From NCBI GenBank assembly GCA_947628825.1, contig CANRBH010000001.1:28853-92852 (forward strand): 64,000 nucleotides of DNA. Direction: 5' to 3'. Positions 62,180 to 64,000 of the stretch are shown in pieces (position 1 is the stretch's first letter; each line of letters opens with the position of its first letter). The notes below the pieces were generated by a model that had not been told where the DNA came from, did no database searches, and saw only the letters and a list, made by a program, of their open reading frames with translations. Origin of the DNA: an uncultured Clostridia bacterium. Its GTDB lineage: Bacteria > Bacillota > Clostridia > TANB77 > CAG-508. The translations under genes and the position numbers were made by a program.

Positions 62180-62305
62180 AAATAAAATTTAAGAGAACAA
62201 TGATTTAATCTTTGTTCTCTTTTCTTTTTTGCAAAAATTATTGAAAAATGTTATTATTTTTTGATATTATATAGATAATTAAATAAGTAAAAGGAAAATA
62301 TTATA

Positions 62306-63511
62306 ATGGACACAAATGAAAGTAATAATGAAGTAAGTGAGTTAATATTTATAAGACAAGGAAAAGTTTTCAGAAAGAAATTTCCATACAATATAAACCA
62401 TAAAAATTCACCAGAAGAAGAAAAGCTAATAATGGAATCTTTAGGAATTTCTAAAGAAGAATGTGATAAATTAAGCATACCCGAGCGATATGCTGCTTTA
62501 ACTGATAGTGGATGGACTATAATAAGAAAAACTAGTGATTCACAATACTTTAATCATATGTTTATTGGAAATCATATTACTCAAGCAGACTATGAAGCTG
62601 TAATGGGATTATTAAACTCAGAAGAAGAAAATATTAAAATTGATGCTAATAATATATACAGTAGAACAAACTTTAAATATGGAAGACAATATGAAGGAGT
62701 TGATTTAAATAATATTTCTTCAAAATATGTTGCAGATATCTTTATGAGAGATAAATTAGGGCAAACAACTGATTATGAAAAAGAGATGCTAGAACATTTT
62801 AGAACTTTTGATTTAGAAAGAATAATTACAAGAGCAGATTTTAAATATCCTCTAAATAACCGTGATTGTGGACTTATTGTAATTACACAAGATGAGTTCT
62901 TGACTAACCCTTGCTCGGGAATAGGTGCTCAACATAGTTCTGCAGTTTCAGACATACTTATGAATAAATATAATAAATTATATAAAAAAAATATAGATTA
63001 TACTTTCCACGTTGGGACAGATATATTTGAAAGTGTAATGATTCAATGCTCTAATATGGGTGATTATGGAGAATTTTTGATATGGACACCATATAAATTA
63101 AATGAATTTCAATATGAAAGTTTATTAAAATTACAAGATACTCTTAAAGCAATTGGAGAAAGAACTGGAAAAACTATAAGTGTAAATTATACTTTTACTA
63201 ATGAGAGACAAGAAAAAGATGAAAGAGAGGACACTCCAGATGCATATAAAGAATACCTTATAGCAAATCATGACTCTATCGTGGATAACTCATTGCGACC
63301 AACTCCTGAAAAATCAAGTATGCCAGAATACAGAATGATTACAGAGCAGGAAGTATGTGGTTGCATGGGAATAGAAATTCCAAAAACAAAAAGAATCGCA
63401 GAAAGGGTAAAAAATGAGTTATTTGAAAAAGCAAGAAAAGGATTAAATTTGCTTTCAAGCGATACAAGAAATTTGTTCAGAAGAAAAGATAAAGAAAGAC
63501 AAGATAGATAA
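62306..63511 (+). CDS. hypothetical protein (401 aa).
   Basis: Coding-like composition; no recognisable domain. Occupies the position usually held by pyrH/frr after tsf. Confidence 0.4.
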   Translation: MDTNESNNEVSELIFIRQGKVFRKKFPYNINHKNSPEEEKLIMESLGISKEECDKLSIPERYAALTDSGWTIIRKTSDSQYFNHMFIGNHITQADYEAVMGLLNSEEENIKIDANNIYSRTNFKYGRQYEGVDLNNISSKYVADIFMRDKLGQTTDYEKEMLEHFRTFDLERIITRADFKYPLNNRDCGLIVITQDEFLTNPCSGIGAQHSSAVSDILMNKYNKLYKKNIDYTFHVGTDIFESVMIQCSNMGDYGEFLIWTPYKLNEFQYESLLKLQDTLKAIGERTGKTISVNYTFTNERQEKDEREDTPDAYKEYLIANHDSIVDNSLRPTPEKSSMPEYRMITEQEVCGCMGIEIPKTKRIAERVKNELFEKARKGLNLLSSDTRNLFRRKDKERQDR

Positions 63512-63527
63512 TTTTTAGGAGAAAATT

Positions 63528-63968
63528 ATGAGTGATTATAGTATTGCAATGCAAGAAAGTTACAAGATTATAAAAAAAATGGGAAATGAGTATTTTTCAA
63601 TAATTCCATCAGAAGTAAGAAAAAAGATAGAAGAAATTAGAAACAAAGATTATAAATTTGAATATGATGAAAACAAAACCTTAGAAGAGCAAAATATACA
63701 AAAAGAAACTTTTGAAATACTTTCATATTTAAATCTTATGTATTGGTGTGAGCCAGAGGAAAAAGAATCACTTTTAAAAATATACAAAGAAAACTTCAAA
63801 AAAGAAGAAGAACAAAAAAGATTAAAGTATAATCCGGATAAAATATTTGAAAATAATAATATTCAAATAAATACACAAGAAACAGCACTTGTTAAACAGG
63901 ATGAACATCAAAGTTTTTGGAAGAAAATTATAGATAAAATAAAAAGTCTATTTATAGGTAAAACTTAA
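63528..63968 (+). CDS. hypothetical protein (146 aa).
   Basis: ORF with an RBS (GGAGAAAATT); no recognisable domain. Confidence 0.35.
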   Translation: MSDYSIAMQESYKIIKKMGNEYFSIIPSEVRKKIEEIRNKDYKFEYDENKTLEEQNIQKETFEILSYLNLMYWCEPEEKESLLKIYKENFKKEEEQKRLKYNPDKIFENNNIQINTQETALVKQDEHQSFWKKIIDKIKSLFIGKT

Positions 63969-64000
63969 AAATATTAAAGTTAATAAAATAATGTAACTTG

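Overview
This is a 64 kb, very AT-rich (about 28-30% GC) stretch of a Clostridia-like Firmicute chromosome, densely coding and mostly housekeeping. In order it carries: the 3' ~6.2 kb of a giant GT84/GH94 cyclic beta-1,2-glucan-synthase-like gene; a dockerin-bearing repeat protein plus a sortase-anchored cohesin protein; an OmpR/histidine-kinase pair; sipS, holB, ricT(yaaT), a 2x[4Fe-4S] ferredoxin, SPFH, NUDIX, MBL and GIY-YIG genes; an MscL fused to a zinc ribbon; a GS39-type SDR; yhbY; a four-subunit 2-oxoacid:ferredoxin oxidoreductase (porGDAB-type); a CYTH protein; a SWIM-SNF2 helicase; trmFO; two large lineage-specific proteins; rpsL-rpsG-fusA-(small membrane ORF)-tuf; a PIN-toxin/antitoxin-like pair; DUF975-like, SH3b, comEC, mltG, pgsA, clpE-like, M23 peptidase, htrA, rnhB and pdp genes; an NrdD-like protein; and rpsB-tsf followed by two hypothetical genes. 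I found no rRNA, tRNA, CRISPR array or recognisable transposase. The observations worth a second look are: (1) an NrdD (class III RNR) homolog that keeps its ATP-cone but appears to have lost the catalytic Cys, the HxHDLD-type motif and the whole Zn-ribbon/glycyl-radical C-terminus, and is preceded by a leader with a small ORF, a terminator and a direct repeat; (2) trmFO broken by a 1-nt insertion inside its GxGxxG codons; (3) two large low-complexity proteins, one a bitopic membrane protein, sharing a KGLRF(T/N)D motif and sitting between trmFO and the str operon; (4) a PIN-toxin/antitoxin-like pair and an extra small membrane ORF embedded in the str/tuf region; (5) a 77-nt GC-rich segment bracketed by a perfect 18-bp inverted repeat after comEC; (6) a 14-nt motif GGCAAC[G/A]ATTTATA present three times; (7) two genes (the SDR and the M23 peptidase) whose conserved N-termini can only start at ATT/ATA codons placed after strong Shine-Dalgarno sequences; (8) a cohesin/dockerin pair next to the glucan synthase. 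Non-ORF coordinates were indexed by hand and may be off by 1-2 nt.
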